Assembly: GCA_965213815.1 (NCBI GenBank)
Contig: OZ243917.1
Span: 1,882,832 to 1,946,831 of the forward strand
DNA: 64,000 nt
Direction of reading: 5' to 3'
DNA from: Alphaproteobacteria bacterium
GTDB taxonomy: Bacteria; Pseudomonadota; Alphaproteobacteria; SP197
The notes beneath the pieces are model-generated. The model did not search any database. It was not told the origin of the DNA and saw only the letters and a list, made by a program, of their open reading frames with translations. A program made the position numbers and the translations under genes. This document shows positions 9,419 through 20,248 of this stretch, piece by piece (within the stretch, counting starts at the first letter, position 1; each line of letters begins with the position of its first letter).

Positions 9419-9981
9419 GTCTGTGCCTCCAGCTGTTGCCGCCAGGCGTCAAGTTCGTGGACGTACCATGCGGCGTTCTTGCGGATACCGTCGATCTCAT
9501 CCGCATGGAGGTCGCGCAGCTTTTTTGCCGGAACGCCGCCCCACAGTTCCCCGCTCGGCACCACCTTGCCGGGCGCCACCAGGGCACCGGCAGCGACCTG
9601 GCTCTCCCGTTCGAGCCGGGCTCCGTCGAGCACGATGGCGCCGGAACCCACCAGGGTGTCGTCTTCCAGGGTACAGGCGTGCAGATGGACCATGTGACCG
9701 ATCGTCACGCCGCGGCCGATGATGGTCGGAATCTCGACGGAAACATGGACGACGCACCCGTCCTGGATGTTGGTGCCGGCGCCGATGCGCACAGGCCCGT
9801 CGTCGCCGCGGATCACGGCATTGAACCAGGCACTGGCACCCGCTTCCATCATCACATCACCGATGATGGCCGCTCCGGGAAGAACGAGGCCTCTCTTGTC
9901 GATGGTCGGCCACACGCCTTGCCAGGGCATCACGTGCGCCCGGGGGAAGACGCACGAGCGGTAGCGATCCGCCATCGTCAT
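9415..9981 (-). CDS. gamma-class carbonic anhydrase / hexapeptide-repeat (YrdA/PaaY) protein
   Basis: Left-handed beta-helix hexapeptide repeats (…IGAGTNIQDGCVVH…IGRGVTIGHMVHLH…). Stop overlaps the SDR start. Confidence 0.85.
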   Translation of the reverse strand: MTMADRYRSCVFPRAHVMPWQGVWPTIDKRGLVLPGAAIIGDVMMEAGASAWFNAVIRGDDGPVRIGAGTNIQDGCVVHVSVEIPTIIGRGVTIGHMVHLHACTLEDDTLVGSGAIVLDGARLERESQVAAGALVAPGKVVPSGELWGGVPAKKLRDLHADEIDGIRKNAAWYVHELDAWRQQLEAQT

Positions 9982-10015
9982 GGAGCGTTGCCGGTCATGC
10001 GGCCTGAGTGAGGCA

Positions 10016-10090
10016 TGGTGGGCGCGGCTGGGTTCGAACCAGCGACCCCTGCCGTGTGAAGACAGTGCTCTTCCGCTGAGCTACGCGCCC
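10016..10090 (-). tRNA. tRNA-Val (anticodon CAC)
   Basis: Reverse complement reads GGGCGCGUAGCUCAGCGGAAGAGCACUGUCUUCACACGGCAGGGGUCGCUGGUUCGAACCCAGCCGCGCCCACCA. It has a 7-bp acceptor stem, a D-arm, a CUGUC/GGCAG anticodon stem with loop UUCACAC, a GGUUCGAAUCC-type T-loop and an encoded CCA. Confidence 0.9.
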
Positions 10091-10173
10091 TCGTGGGTGA
10101 AGGGTGATACGGCGCAGCCGAATGAACTGTCAAGGTTGCCCGCCAAAGCCAGGAGAGAACCCCGGCGCGAGGC

Positions 10174-11040
10174 CTACATCAAGTCCGCGACAGTGGCGAC
10201 AATGCGCCGGTCGTCACGAACGATGTCGGCGCCGCCGGGTCGCGGAACGACGGTGTAGCAGGAATCGACGGCGTGGAGCACGCCCGTCAGACACAGCATG
10301 CCATCCTCATCAATCCTGTAGGTGCCGGTTTCCTCCGTCGCCAGGGAAGCCGCCGTCTCTCCCCGGCGGACCGTGACGGTGTCGCCATCGGCGTCAAACG
10401 AGGCGCTGTAGAAGGGCTCGCCGAAATGGAACCGCAGTTCACCGGAAAGCGTACGCCCCGGAATGATCGCCTGCAGAACGGCCTGTGACAGTGTCGGGTG
10501 CCCCTTGGGAACCTGGAAGGCCTCCATCGCCATGTAGCGATTGACAATCTCGTTTCGGTGGTTGGTCTGGTACCAGAGGTCGCCGTCCTGCCAGACGCCG
10601 AAACAGTCGCTGTCCTGTCCCCGGGTCAGACAGAGCGTGTCCTCGACAATGTCCCATCCACCCGACCAGGTCTGGCCGGTGTCGTTGCGTCCGGAAAATC
10701 CGCCGTCATCGGCAAAGGCCTCGTCGTACCAGTGGAAAAGCTGGGTATCCTCGTTGTAGGCATAACCGAAGCGCCAGGTGCCGTTGTGGGCGGCCAGCAG
10801 GTTGTCCCCGGTGACGGCCACCGCACGTTCGGGCAGGTCCTCGAGATTGTTGTCACCAAAGAGTTCCAGGGAAATGGGCCGTGCCACCAGCATGACGATG
10901 GTGCCTCCGATTCCCACTGCCGGGATAAGGAGAGCGCCAAAGATGTGCCATCTCCCCTGCATGGCACCGCGGATCGACAGCACAAGACAGGCGATGGCGC
11001 ATATTCCGAAAGTGATGAGTACGAGTATTCCTATCCACAT
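10174..11040 (-). CDS. hypothetical membrane-anchored protein
   Basis: 288 aa. Two N-terminal hydrophobic helices (MWIGILVLITFGICAIACLVL…; …FGALLIPAVGIGGTIVMLV) followed by an Asp/Gly/Trp-rich soluble domain. No recognised family. Confidence 0.45.
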   Translation of the reverse strand: MWIGILVLITFGICAIACLVLSIRGAMQGRWHIFGALLIPAVGIGGTIVMLVARPISLELFGDNNLEDLPERAVAVTGDNLLAAHNGTWRFGYAYNEDTQLFHWYDEAFADDGGFSGRNDTGQTWSGGWDIVEDTLCLTRGQDSDCFGVWQDGDLWYQTNHRNEIVNRYMAMEAFQVPKGHPTLSQAVLQAIIPGRTLSGELRFHFGEPFYSASFDADGDTVTVRRGETAASLATEETGTYRIDEDGMLCLTGVLHAVDSCYTVVPRPGGADIVRDDRRIVATVADLM

Positions 11041-11141
11041 GCCGGCGCCGCCCGTTTGCAGGGTTGTCTGGTGCGATCATGCTGTTTTCGAACCCGCATG
11101 GCAATGCGCCAGCTTGAAGATGCTCCCCGGATCATCAAGAA

Positions 11142-13148
11142 TCAGTGTGCCAGGGTGACTTCCACGCCGTGGACGCAGGTACTCTCGCCCATGTCCGACT
11201 TGCGGGGAATGTGCAGGCTGTTGATGTTGGTTCCGTCGGGCCCGGGCCAGCGGCTCTTGTCGGTGAGGAGAACGCCCGGCGGCACGTTGTCCGAGACGAC
11301 GGCGACGAGGCGGAGTGAACCGGCTTCGTTGGAGAGAGTCACTTCGTCACCGGTGCTGACATCCCGTGACCGGGCATCATCCGGGTGGAGCGTGACCGTC
11401 GGCTTGCCGAGAAGTTCACCGATGCGCGGGTCGTTGCCGTGGGAGGAGTTCAGCAGCCAGCGTCCGGCTGGGCTCAACAGGCGCAAGCGGCCGTCCTCCG
11501 GCGGCGGATCGGCCACGGCCTCGGGCACCCGCGGATGACCGTCGGCTTCGGCGCTGGCGCTGGCGATCTCGATCTTGCCTGACGGAGTCGCAAACCTGCC
11601 TTTGGGCCACAGCACCAGTGGTTCATCGCTGGCTGCGGCCCAGCCGCGGGTCTTCAGTTCGTCCCAGGACACTCCGGTCCCTTCGAGTACCTCGTCGATC
11701 AGTTCGCCGTCGGTGCGATGAAGGTCGGCGTCCTCCAGACCCATGGCCCGGGCGAGGCGGCGGAAAATCTCCTGGTTGGGCAGACTCTCGCCCATCGGTT
11801 CGGCGCACCGGACCTGGGCGGAGAGGAGGAGGTGGAAATAGCCTGCGTTCACGTCGTCGAACTCGAGGAAGGCGGCGGCCGGCAGCACAATGTCGGCGTA
11901 ACGGGATGTGTCCGTTTTGAAGCAGTCGACGACCACAGTGAACAGATCCTCGCGCGTCAGCGCCCTGGTGAGCACCTGTTGTGCCGGATTGGAGGCAAGG
12001 GGATTGCAGTTCCAGACCATGTAGGCACGAAAACGATCCGAGGTGTCGAGTGCGGCCGGAACGTCCATCTGGCTGATGGAAGGGCCGGTCGGGGAGGCTG
12101 ATGGCAGGGCAGGCGTGGCACCCTTGCGGGCCATGATGTCAAGCGTGCTGTTGAGATAGAAGATCCCGGCGCCGGGTCTGGAGATGTTGCCGGTCAGCGC
12201 AGGAAGCATGGTGCAGGCGCGGAAGATGTTGCCGCCACGGAACTGGCGCTGGAGTCCCTGGCCGAGCCACAGGAGGGACGGTCCTGTCGCATAGAGACGG
12301 CCGACTTCCTCGATGAGACGGACAGGAACACCGGTCACACGGGATGTCGATTCGGGATCGGCCGCGGCGATGGCCTCCTCGACCTCGTGATAGCCCTCGA
12401 CGTGGCTGGCGATCCAGGCATCATCGAGCAGGCCGTCGCGGCGGGCGATGTGACACAGGCCGAAGGCCAGCACCGCGTCGCTGCCGGGGTTGACCTGCAG
12501 ATGGATGTCGGCCTGAGAGGCCGTGAGGTGACGCACCGGGTCGATGACGACCACCTTCGCCGGGCTCTCCTTGAGCCAGTGCTTGTGGGCATGGGGCGCA
12601 CTGTGAGCCGGATTGGCGCCCCAGACGACGATACAGGCGCTGTCCCTGGCCGTCGCCGGATCGAATCCGGTGACGCTGGACCCCAGGACATAGCGAAGGG
12701 CCTGATGGCCGGCGTTGTTGCAGATGGAATCGGGTATGGCCTCGGTGGCGCCGATGCGGTTGAAGAACCGTTCCGGAAAGGCATTGGCAAGAGCCGAACA
12801 GGTGCCGGTGTAGTGTGTGTGGAGGATGGATGCACCGCCGCTTTCGGCGATGATGGCGTCAAGGCGTGCGGCGATGGCGCCAAGCGCCTCCTCCCAGCTC
12901 ACACGTTCGAAGAGGCCCGAGCCCTTCGGGCCGCTCCGGCGCAGGGGATGGAGAAGACGGGAGGCGCGGTCGAGCCAGACACCGTTGTAGGCAATGGCGC
13001 ACTTGCCACACAGGCCTCCCCGGCTCACCGGATGATCGGGATCGCCCAGAACCCGCGTGATCCTGCCGTGGCGCCTGACCACGGCGATGCCACATCCGTC
13101 ATAGCAGTCGCGGGGACAGCTGGTCCGGATGATCTCGCGCTCGGTCAT
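11142..13148 (-). CDS. molybdopterin (Mo-bisPGD) oxidoreductase, cytoplasmic, with N-terminal 4Fe-4S
   Basis: 668 aa. N-terminal CPRDCYDGCG…GGLCGKC Fe-S motif and MopB catalytic and C-terminal MGD-binding domains. No Tat signal. Substrate unknown. Confidence 0.8.
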   Translation of the reverse strand: MTEREIIRTSCPRDCYDGCGIAVVRRHGRITRVLGDPDHPVSRGGLCGKCAIAYNGVWLDRASRLLHPLRRSGPKGSGLFERVSWEEALGAIAARLDAIIAESGGASILHTHYTGTCSALANAFPERFFNRIGATEAIPDSICNNAGHQALRYVLGSSVTGFDPATARDSACIVVWGANPAHSAPHAHKHWLKESPAKVVVIDPVRHLTASQADIHLQVNPGSDAVLAFGLCHIARRDGLLDDAWIASHVEGYHEVEEAIAAADPESTSRVTGVPVRLIEEVGRLYATGPSLLWLGQGLQRQFRGGNIFRACTMLPALTGNISRPGAGIFYLNSTLDIMARKGATPALPSASPTGPSISQMDVPAALDTSDRFRAYMVWNCNPLASNPAQQVLTRALTREDLFTVVVDCFKTDTSRYADIVLPAAAFLEFDDVNAGYFHLLLSAQVRCAEPMGESLPNQEIFRRLARAMGLEDADLHRTDGELIDEVLEGTGVSWDELKTRGWAAASDEPLVLWPKGRFATPSGKIEIASASAEADGHPRVPEAVADPPPEDGRLRLLSPAGRWLLNSSHGNDPRIGELLGKPTVTLHPDDARSRDVSTGDEVTLSNEAGSLRLVAVVSDNVPPGVLLTDKSRWPGPDGTNINSLHIPRKSDMGESTCVHGVEVTLAH

Positions 13149-13303
13149 GAGCCTCCCTTCACATGATCGGCCTCCATATTCGTCCCTTGCCGCGAACGTG
13201 GCAAGGTCTCGCCCCCGGCTGGTGCAGGCATGGCGCGGATCATGTCTTGACGATGACCGTGTGTAGGGTATCCACTGACGGCGGATGATGGAGGCAAGGA
13301 GCC

Positions 13304-14149
13304 TTGACCCGGAATTCCATCGAGGTGAGTCCGCTTGGACCGGTACTCGGCGCCGAGATTCACGGACTCGACCTGTCCGCAGGCATTGATACCGCCGTCT
13401 GCGACGTGATTCACCAGGCCCTGCTCGACCACCTGGTCGTGTTCCTCCCGGACCAGCGAATCGGCCCGGCCGAACATCTCGCCCTTGCCCGCCACTTTGG
13501 TGAAGTTGAACCTCCTCATCCCGTGTTCGGCAATGTGGCGGGCCTGCCCGAGGTGACGGTCATCGAACAGCATGGCGATGGCAGCCTCTACAACGATGTC
13601 TGGCATACCGACGTCACCTTTCGCGCATGTCCCGCCAAGGCCTCGATCCTGCATTGCCAGACGATGCCCCGGGAAGGTGGTGGCGACACGCTGTGGTCGA
13701 GTCTCTACGCCCCCTACGAGGCGCTGTCGCCCGCGGTGCGCGACATGATCGAGGGCCTGACAGCGATCCACGATTACTACCAGGCCTTCGGACCCTCGGT
13801 TCTGGCCGGCGAGGGCGGGGTCCGGCAACTCGCCCGGGATATCGTCGCGTTGCCGCCCGTGGAGCATCCGGTGGTGCGCACGCACCCGGAAACCGGAAGG
13901 AAGGGCCTGTTCGTCAACCGTACCTTCACCAGGGAGATCAAGGGACTGAGCGGAGTCGAGAGCGACCATATCCTGCGCATGCTGTGCGAGTTTGCGGAGC
14001 ACCCCAACTACCAGGTGCGGCGCTCCTGGAAGCCCCGTGATCTGGCGATCTGGGACAACCGGTGCACCATGCATCTGGCCGCGTCCGACTTTTCGGGACA
14101 TCGCAAGATGCATCGTGTCACGGTCATCGGCGACCGTCCGTTTCACTAG
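13304..14149 (+). CDS. TauD/TfdA-family Fe(II)/2-oxoglutarate dioxygenase
   Basis: 281 aa. …DVWHTDVTF… (HxD iron ligands) and a C-terminal …WDNRCTMH… region typical of taurine dioxygenase-like enzymes. Confidence 0.85.
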   Translation: MTRNSIEVSPLGPVLGAEIHGLDLSAGIDTAVCDVIHQALLDHLVVFLPDQRIGPAEHLALARHFGEVEPPHPVFGNVAGLPEVTVIEQHGDGSLYNDVWHTDVTFRACPAKASILHCQTMPREGGGDTLWSSLYAPYEALSPAVRDMIEGLTAIHDYYQAFGPSVLAGEGGVRQLARDIVALPPVEHPVVRTHPETGRKGLFVNRTFTREIKGLSGVESDHILRMLCEFAEHPNYQVRRSWKPRDLAIWDNRCTMHLAASDFSGHRKMHRVTVIGDRPFH

Positions 14150-14172
14150 GCTGTGGCAACCGGCAGACATCG

Positions 14173-15816
14173 GTGGTCGACGATTTCGATTTTGTCATCG
14201 TGGGTGGGGGATCGGCCGGGTCTGTCCTTGCTGCGCGTTTGAGCGAGGAGAGGTCGTGCCGCGTCCTTCTCCTCGAGGCCGGCGGTGCGAACCGGGACTT
14301 TCGTGTCGCCATGCCGGCGGCCAACGTGTTTGCCGTCGGCAACCCGCGCTTCGACTGGTGTTACCTGACCGAACCCCAGCCGCATCTCGCCGGTCGCCGG
14401 ATCCACTGGCCCCGGGGGCGCGGGCTCGGCGGGTCGAGTGCCATCAACGGCATGATCTACATAAGGGGCAACGCCGCCGACTACGATCGCTGGAGACAGC
14501 TCGGTCTCGAGGGCTGGGCCTGGGCCGATGTGCTGCCCTACTTCCGCAAGGCCGAAAGCAGACAGGGTGGCGGTGATCACTGGCGCGGCGATTCGGGTCC
14601 GTTGCTGACCGGACCGGCCGGGCGCCCGCTGCCGATCGATCACGCCTTCATCGAGGCCTGTCTGCAGTCGGGACTGCCCGCCAATCCGGACTTCAACGGA
14701 GCACGGCAGGTCGGCGCCGGTCTGCTTGATGTGACCGTGCGCGACGGCCGGCGCTCCAGCATCTCGCGATGTTATCTCGGCGCTGCCGGATCACGGCCCA
14801 ACCTCGAGGTCCGCACCGGGAGCCTTGTCACCTCCCTGGTGATCGAGAATGAGCGAGCCAGAGGTGTGCGCTACCGGCGGCGTTCCGCCATGGAGGAGGT
14901 TCATGCCTCCCGCGAGGTCATCGTCTGTCAGGGCGCCATCGGTTCGCCGCAGCTCCTGATGCTGTCGGGCATTGGTCCGGCAGACCACCTGCGCCGGCTC
15001 GGAATCGAGGTGAAGGCGGCGATAAGGGGAGTGGGGGAGAACCTGCAGGACCATCTCAACATTCCGGTCCGGTTCCACTGTCGCCGGCCGCGCGAGACCC
15101 AGGCCCGCTGGGCCCGCCCGCTGATGGCTCTCATGCTCGGCGCCTCGTGGTTTGCCAGCGGCGGGCGGGCAGGACCGGGGGCCCATCCCTTCTGGTCGGC
15201 CGGGGCCTTTTCAGGGGGCGGCGTCGAGGCGCCGGACTTTCCCCGGTTCCAGGTCTTCTTCACGCCCATGATCATCGCCGAGGGGCGACGTCACGGGAAA
15301 AAGACCGCCGTCGACGGTTTCCAGTTCGATGTGAACCAGATGCACCCGCTTTCGCGTGGACACATCAGGCTGAACAGTGCCGAGCCCGGGGATCACCCCG
15401 TCATCGAACCGAACTATCTTGCCGAAGAGCAGGACCGTCAGGACCTCGTGGACGCCGTCAGGTGGGCGCGCGACATCGCGCACCAGCCGGCATTGGCGGC
15501 CTTCCGGGGAGCCGAGATGGATCCCGGAGACCACGTCTCGAGCGATGATGACATTCTCCGGGCGGTCGCCCGCGGCGCGCTGTCGGGATATCATGCGTCG
15601 GGAACCTGCAGGATGGGGGCTGCCGGCGACCCGCTGGCGGTGGTTGACGAACAGCTGAAGGTGCGGGGCGTCGATGGCCTCAGGGTGGTTGATGCCTCGG
15701 TGATGCCGATGATCGTGACGGGAAACACCAATGCGCCGACAGTCATGATTGCCGAAAAGGCAGCGGACATGATACGGGGGCACACACCCCTGGCGCGCCG
15801 CGAGGCTGTCGCATGA
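14173..15816 (+). CDS. GMC-family oxidoreductase (choline dehydrogenase-like)
   Basis: FAD motif DFVIVGGGSAGSVLAARLSEE plus GMC signatures (…GGSSAINGMIY… and C-terminal …HASGTCRMG…). GTG start inferred 24 nt after the tauD stop. Confidence 0.8.
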   Translation: MVDDFDFVIVGGGSAGSVLAARLSEERSCRVLLLEAGGANRDFRVAMPAANVFAVGNPRFDWCYLTEPQPHLAGRRIHWPRGRGLGGSSAINGMIYIRGNAADYDRWRQLGLEGWAWADVLPYFRKAESRQGGGDHWRGDSGPLLTGPAGRPLPIDHAFIEACLQSGLPANPDFNGARQVGAGLLDVTVRDGRRSSISRCYLGAAGSRPNLEVRTGSLVTSLVIENERARGVRYRRRSAMEEVHASREVIVCQGAIGSPQLLMLSGIGPADHLRRLGIEVKAAIRGVGENLQDHLNIPVRFHCRRPRETQARWARPLMALMLGASWFASGGRAGPGAHPFWSAGAFSGGGVEAPDFPRFQVFFTPMIIAEGRRHGKKTAVDGFQFDVNQMHPLSRGHIRLNSAEPGDHPVIEPNYLAEEQDRQDLVDAVRWARDIAHQPALAAFRGAEMDPGDHVSSDDDILRAVARGALSGYHASGTCRMGAAGDPLAVVDEQLKVRGVDGLRVVDASVMPMIVTGNTNAPTVMIAEKAADMIRGHTPLARREAVA

Positions 15817-16646
15817 CGGCGGGCCTGCCCTATCTGCTGAAGCCGGATCCCGATGATTCGCGTCTGACGCGTTCGGTTTCCGGGATCGACCAGGACGGCA
15901 ACCGGATCGACCGGGCTGTGACCGTGGAGACCCCCCTGACGCTGTTTCTCAATGACCAGGAGATCGTCACCATGATGACGATCGGGGATTTTCCGGAGTA
16001 CCTGGCGGTGGGCTACCTGCTGAACCAGGGTATGCTGGAGGGAATCGGAGAAGTCACCGGAGTCGATCATGACGAGGAGATCGCCACACTGGTCGTGCGC
16101 ACCCGCCGGCAGACCGACTTCGAGGAGAAGCTCCGCAAGCGCACACTGACATCGGGATGTGCACAAGGCACGGTCTTCGGTGATCTCATGGACGAGATCG
16201 AGACCGTCGATCTGGACCCGAATGCCGTTGTTCACACCACCTGGCTCCAAGTGCTCGCGAAGACGATCACGGCGACTCCGAGTCTCTATCTCAAGGCCGG
16301 CGCCATTCACGGGTGTGTACTCTGTGAGGACGACCGTCCGCTGGTCTACATGGAGGATGTCGGCCGACACAACGCCGTTGACAAGATTGCCGGCTACATG
16401 GCGATCGAGAACATTCCCGCCGCCGGCAAGCTGTTTTACACAACCGGCCGACTGACCAGTGAAATGGTGATCAAGACGGCACGGATGAACATTCCCGTCC
16501 TGGTCTCCCGTTCGGGATTCACGGCCTGGGGGGTTGAACTCGCCCGCCAGGTCGACATGACACTCATCGGCCGCCTGCGCGGCAGTCGGTTCATGGTGGC
16601 CGCCGGCGCACATCGCGTGCGCTGGGATGAGCCGCGCGAGGCATGA
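15813..16646 (+). CDS. fdhD: formate dehydrogenase accessory sulfurtransferase
   Basis: 277 aa with a conserved CAQGT…GRHNAVDK core. Overlaps the GMC stop (ATGA). Confidence 0.85.
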   Translation: MTAGLPYLLKPDPDDSRLTRSVSGIDQDGNRIDRAVTVETPLTLFLNDQEIVTMMTIGDFPEYLAVGYLLNQGMLEGIGEVTGVDHDEEIATLVVRTRRQTDFEEKLRKRTLTSGCAQGTVFGDLMDEIETVDLDPNAVVHTTWLQVLAKTITATPSLYLKAGAIHGCVLCEDDRPLVYMEDVGRHNAVDKIAGYMAIENIPAAGKLFYTTGRLTSEMVIKTARMNIPVLVSRSGFTAWGVELARQVDMTLIGRLRGSRFMVAAGAHRVRWDEPREA

Positions 16647-17305
16647 CGGACGTGACGGCGCGGCGCAAGGATGTGGCCGGGACGGTGCTCGCCGGCGGGC
16701 TGGCGCGGCGCATGGGTGGCCGCGACAAGGGTATGCTGGACCTCGGCGGCCGCAGCCTTCTCGATCACGTGATCGCCTGTCTGCGCCCGCAGGTGCGCAT
16801 GGTGGCGCTCAACGTCAATGACGATGCCTTGCGATTCGATCCATCCGTGTTCTCTCTGGCGCCCGACATGCTGCCGGGACGACCCGGGCCCCTTGCCGGA
16901 GTGCTGGCCGGACTCGACTGGACCTTTGCCAATGTGCCGGGCCTGCACTGGGTCGTCACCGTGCCCACGGACACGCCGTTCCTTCCTGTCGACCTGGTCG
17001 AAAGACTGTTTGAGGCGGTAGCGGCGTCAGGAGCCGACATGGCATGCGCTTCCTCCGCTGGCAGGCGCCATCCGGTCGTCGGCCTGTGGCCGGTCCATCT
17101 GAGAAACGAGCTGCGCCAGGCTCTCATCTCCGAGGGCGTGCGCAAGATCGATGCCTGGACCAGCCGCTACCGGGTGGCCGAGGCGTCGTTCATTGATGAC
17201 CCGGTGGACCCTTTCTTCAACGTCAACAGCCCGGATGATCTCGCCATGGCGAGAGTCCTCCTGACGCGCTCTGAGTGTCGGGAGCCCGGGGCGGCATCGC
17301 CATGA
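16643..17305 (+). CDS. mobA: molybdenum cofactor guanylyltransferase
   Basis: N-terminal …VLAGGLARRMGGRDKGML… nucleotide-binding motif of MobA. Overlaps the fdhD stop. Confidence 0.8.
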   Translation: MTDVTARRKDVAGTVLAGGLARRMGGRDKGMLDLGGRSLLDHVIACLRPQVRMVALNVNDDALRFDPSVFSLAPDMLPGRPGPLAGVLAGLDWTFANVPGLHWVVTVPTDTPFLPVDLVERLFEAVAASGADMACASSAGRRHPVVGLWPVHLRNELRQALISEGVRKIDAWTSRYRVAEASFIDDPVDPFFNVNSPDDLAMARVLLTRSECREPGAASP

Positions 17306-17408
17306 CGGCACAGGTTCCACGCCTGGACCGGCGCGTTACGTGACCGGGGTTGGCAAGTCGGGGCGTTTTTGGCACACAGCGAACCATGGTCAAGGGGAGT
17401 GTCGCGCC

Positions 17409-19093
<1,685 letters not shown>

Positions 19094-19097
<4 letters not shown>

Positions 19098-19966
19098 CGG
19101 CAGGGCCGCCCTGCGGCGCCGGGCAGGTGCTTGCCGTCCTCATCGATACCATCAACCAGTCGTTCTTCCATTCGCGCATGCTGAGGGCCTGGGGCCACTC
19201 GAAAGCCATGGCGTCCAATGATCACTGGATGCTGCAGATGCGCCAGGCGTCATCTCTGGTCGAAGTCATGGCCGCCTGCGGCATCCGCCCCGATGACAAG
19301 CCGGCAGCAGACCTTGTCGTGGGTTGCGATGCCGGCGCGGTCCTTGCCGCCGATGCCGCCCAGGCGGACCGTTGCGCCAGGACCGCCGGGGATGCGGCCG
19401 TGGCCTTGCCCGGGAGCGCCATGCGGTCAGTGATGAACGAGATTGCGGCCAGTGAAGAGGCGCACGCCGCACAACTGCGGGCGTGGCGCGAGGAGCCGCC
19501 GGAAGACTCGCGCCATGCCAAGCACCTGATGCCGAAACCGGGCGCCCGGCCCGTGGCGCTGAAGGCGCTCAACCGGGCCGTTCGTCCGCTCGTCGCCGCT
19601 GTCAGCCAGATCTTCCTCCACAGTCTCGTCTTCGGCTGTGCCGGCAGGAAGGAGGACGCGGAACGCGAACTCACTGCCGCTCTCGAGGCCATGGCCCGGG
19701 CCGAGGCGCTCCTCGAGCGCCTTCTCGATCTTGACGGTCTGCCGGACCACCGCCGTCATGGCCGCATCGTCATGGGAAGTGGACCCCACGCCGCCGAGCG
19801 GACAGCCCGCGATATCCATGACCTCATCATCAGCGAACTCGAAGCCGGTCTGGCGACGCTCGATGCCATCGCCGACCCCCTGACCCATACGCTCATCGAC
19901 GGCATCTTGAGGGCCGAACGCGCCGCCCGGTGCGATGTGGCGCAGCGTCTCGATAAGGCACCGTGA
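19094..19966 (+). CDS. hypothetical protein, possibly a ferritin-like four-helix-bundle domain
   Basis: Ala/Glu-rich helical sequence with paired E…H-containing helices. GTG start overlaps the glnS stop. Family assignment is weak. Confidence 0.35.
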
Positions 19967-20248
19967 CACGGTCAACCGGCCACGCTCTGAGTTGAAGGAA
20001 CGTCCCGCCTGACCGATTGAAGGCCGTTCCCGGCGCCGGTCTCTCTTGTCTGCAACGCCGACGCAGCAGACCGGAAACGGTCTTGCGGCAAGCCATGTTC
20101 AGGTTGCGGGGGCGCTCCAGACTCCGGCCACGCGAGTCATGGGATCATGTCAGCGAACAGGTTGGAAACAGAGTTGTTGGCACCATGAGGGTCGATCCTG
20201 AAAGTGCAGCACAACCGGTCGAAAGGGGGTTCGCAAGCACTGGCGGCG

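Noticed and set aside
19967-20248. ~280-bp gap between convergent genes as a possible ncRNA
   Set aside because: No obvious conserved structure or terminator by eye. It cannot be supported without covariance or expression data.
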